This document shows positions 61,741 to 64,000 of a DNA stretch of 64,000 nt, one piece after another. Source of the stretch: Felis catus (lineage: Eukaryota); the NCBI RefSeq assembly GCF_018350175.1, contig NC_058373.1, forward strand, positions 103,046,001-103,110,000, given 5' to 3'. A program made the translations under genes and the position numbers. The notes beneath the pieces are model-generated. The model was given only the letters and a program-made list of their open reading frames with translations. It was not told the DNA's origin and did not search any database. Numbering within the stretch: the stretch's first letter is position 1; every line of letters begins with the position of its first letter.

Positions 61741-62511
61741 TGATTCTGAACCCAATTCCAATGTATGCTGGTAGTCCTGACACCACCAGGCAGTTTTCAG
61801 ACACCAGCTGGGTGTCCTACAATTCAACTCAATGCTGACCCTATCTGTTCGGAGATAGCAACAGATTCCACAGGTTAAGGGCTTAGTCCTGCAGATTGCC
61901 CTCCACCTCAGATGCCAGCTGCAAGTCCCGGTTGTTACCTGTGCTTCTCACCAACTAGCTATAAATCAGAAGTTCTTACAACCCCCTCTTTGGGTTCAAT
62001 TAATTTGCTAGAGGGGCTCACAGAACTCAAAGATTTTATTTAATAGGTTACTGGTTTATTATAAAAAGGATATAACTCACAAATCGCCAGATGGAAGAGA
62101 TATATAGGGCAACACATAGGGAAAAGGGCACAGAACTCTCCCTGAATCTCCACTTGTTCACCAATCAGGAAGTTCCCATCCTTTCTGAGTTTTTATGGAG
62201 TCTTTATACATAGGAATGATTGGATAAATCATCGGCCATTGGTGATTGATTCAACCTCCAGCCCTTCTCCTCTTCTTGGAGGTTAGGGTGGGAATAAAAG
62301 CTCCAACTCTCTAATCATGTGGTTGAGCCCCCTGGCAACCAGCCCCCATCCTTTGGTTACCTAGGGGCTTTCCAAAAATCATCTCATTAACATAACAAAA
62401 ATACCTTTATTCTCTGATCACTTAGGAAATTCCAAGGGCTTTAAAAGCTCTGTGCCAGAAAATGAGACAAAGACCAAATCTATATATCTTATTGTAAATC
62501 ACAATAACACA
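61741..62511 (-). mobile_element. MER21-like ERV solo LTR
   Basis: 'gacaccagctgggtgtcctacaattcaactc...ggaaattccaagggctttaaaagctctgtgccagaa...gacaaagaccaaatctatatatcttattgtaaatcaca' resembles reverse MER21. Confidence 0.85.
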
Positions 62512-64000
62512 GCCTCCCATCAAGATTCACACAATGGAGAATTCTCTTAACACAGAAGAGGGGTTGGTTAATCATGGACTAGTTAGATGAGTGCAGTATT
62601 CCAGCTGGGGTTATGAGGGCTTTGGGGTAGGATGGTGACAAAGAAAAAAGAAGCCCAAAGAACTAACCCAGGAGATTAGTGAAAGAAGAAACAAACAGAT
62701 TTGGTGACAGATAATGTACAGATGATTAACAATGGGGAACAGAGAAAGCTAATGCCAGGCTTCTGTCCTGGAGGAGATGAAAAGAGGTTGGTACTGCTGG
62801 CAGATATAAGAACTGAGAAAAGAAGAAACTGAAGAATCGTTGTGAAACCATATTAATGGGTCATATGACTTAATCATTCTTGGAGTTAGTGGCCATGATG
62901 AAGATAATTCCTTCAGCTAGTCCAGTTCTTTGAGATCATTTGTAAGACAATTACACAATTATACTATTGTCTTTCGTGGCTCTTCTATATACTGTCACTG
63001 GTGGTCTGATACTCTTGTGGGTTGAATTTCCTAAACCAGTGTTCTCATTTAGTCTGGTAGCCAGCATTGTTCACTCTTTCAATATTTATTTTTACATTTA
63101 TTTTGAAGACTCAAACTACAAAGAACCTTAAAGAATGCTTTATTTCTTTAAAATTATAACACTTAGCACCAACATGAATCACAATTTCCCACTGAGACTC
63201 AACATGTTAAAAAACTCAAGAGTGTGTTTATAATGCAAACACAGAAGCACAGATAAACACTGGATAATAAATCTATATGGCATTGACTGTCCATGCTGAG
63301 AAAGCATCAACTATCTGTAAATAGTTTCAGCATCCTTCATTCTCCCCATTTGGGATAGACTGGAATTCCATATCCATGCATCCAGTTGATGTGTGCACTG
63401 CTCATTTGCATCTTATGTCTCCTACAACTTCTAACTACTCTAGAACTTGCAACTTAGAAAATGCAGTGGGTTAAGTTATTAAGAGAATATGAAAAGACCA
63501 AACAAAAGAGGTGCTCGAATCAGTTTGTAGAAGTTCACATCTAGAAGAATGGGCTGAAAACCACTAAAACTCCTACAAGCATTACTTCCCTGGTGTCTCC
63601 TTTCCTGATACCCTTTCCCACCTCCTTTTATATGCAGAGCTTACTTATGCGTTTCAGATTTCCTTGCTTTTAAGATGAAACCAGATATTGAAGTCTCTCT
63701 GGTAATTCTAAAGCTCTTAATTCCTGTCTGGCATCATGATCTCTCTATGCTTCCAAATTTATGCTCTTTTCCCTGTGTTTCAGACAAAGACACTAGGAAA
63801 GTGTAAATGGATTGAGTTTAATGAGAGGTAAAAATCAAGAGACTTGGGGTGAAGCAAATCTTTTCCAGTTCTGGAATAATATGAAAATAGACCAAAAACC
63901 AATGCTTTGAATGAGTTTAGAATGAATGCCAATCAATTCTTCACTATCATGATTTTAAAAATCATACCAAACAAGTCACCCCAGACTCCCATTTTTATCT

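Overview
This 64 kb window is non-coding, repeat-rich mammalian genomic DNA from a felid (cat family). The assignment rests on about 27 tRNA-derived CanSINE pieces of the feline SINEC_Fc type and a young feline L1 3' end. I found no recognisable protein-coding gene, RNA gene, CpG-island promoter, CRISPR array or intact transposon ORF. The ORF track is explained by SINEs, microsatellites, decayed LINE/LTR sequence and chance. The window reads as intergenic DNA or a large intron. It is layered with old elements (L2, MIR, L1M*, MaLR/ERVL solo LTRs, hAT-Charlie and mariner MITEs) and young lineage-specific insertions, many with target-site duplications (TSDs) readable in the sequence. Points worth a second look: four near-identical copies of one very young SINE subfamily; several nested insertions; an old L1 with ORF2 missing that now hosts four SINEs in inverted arrangement; two complementary SINE halves in opposite orientation; palindromic TF-site clusters that look like enhancers; a CTCF-like site; and a few isolated exon-like segments. 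I do not see evidence for a novel biological system. Repeat family names come from recalled consensus sequences, not from an alignment run, and boundaries of old elements are approximate.
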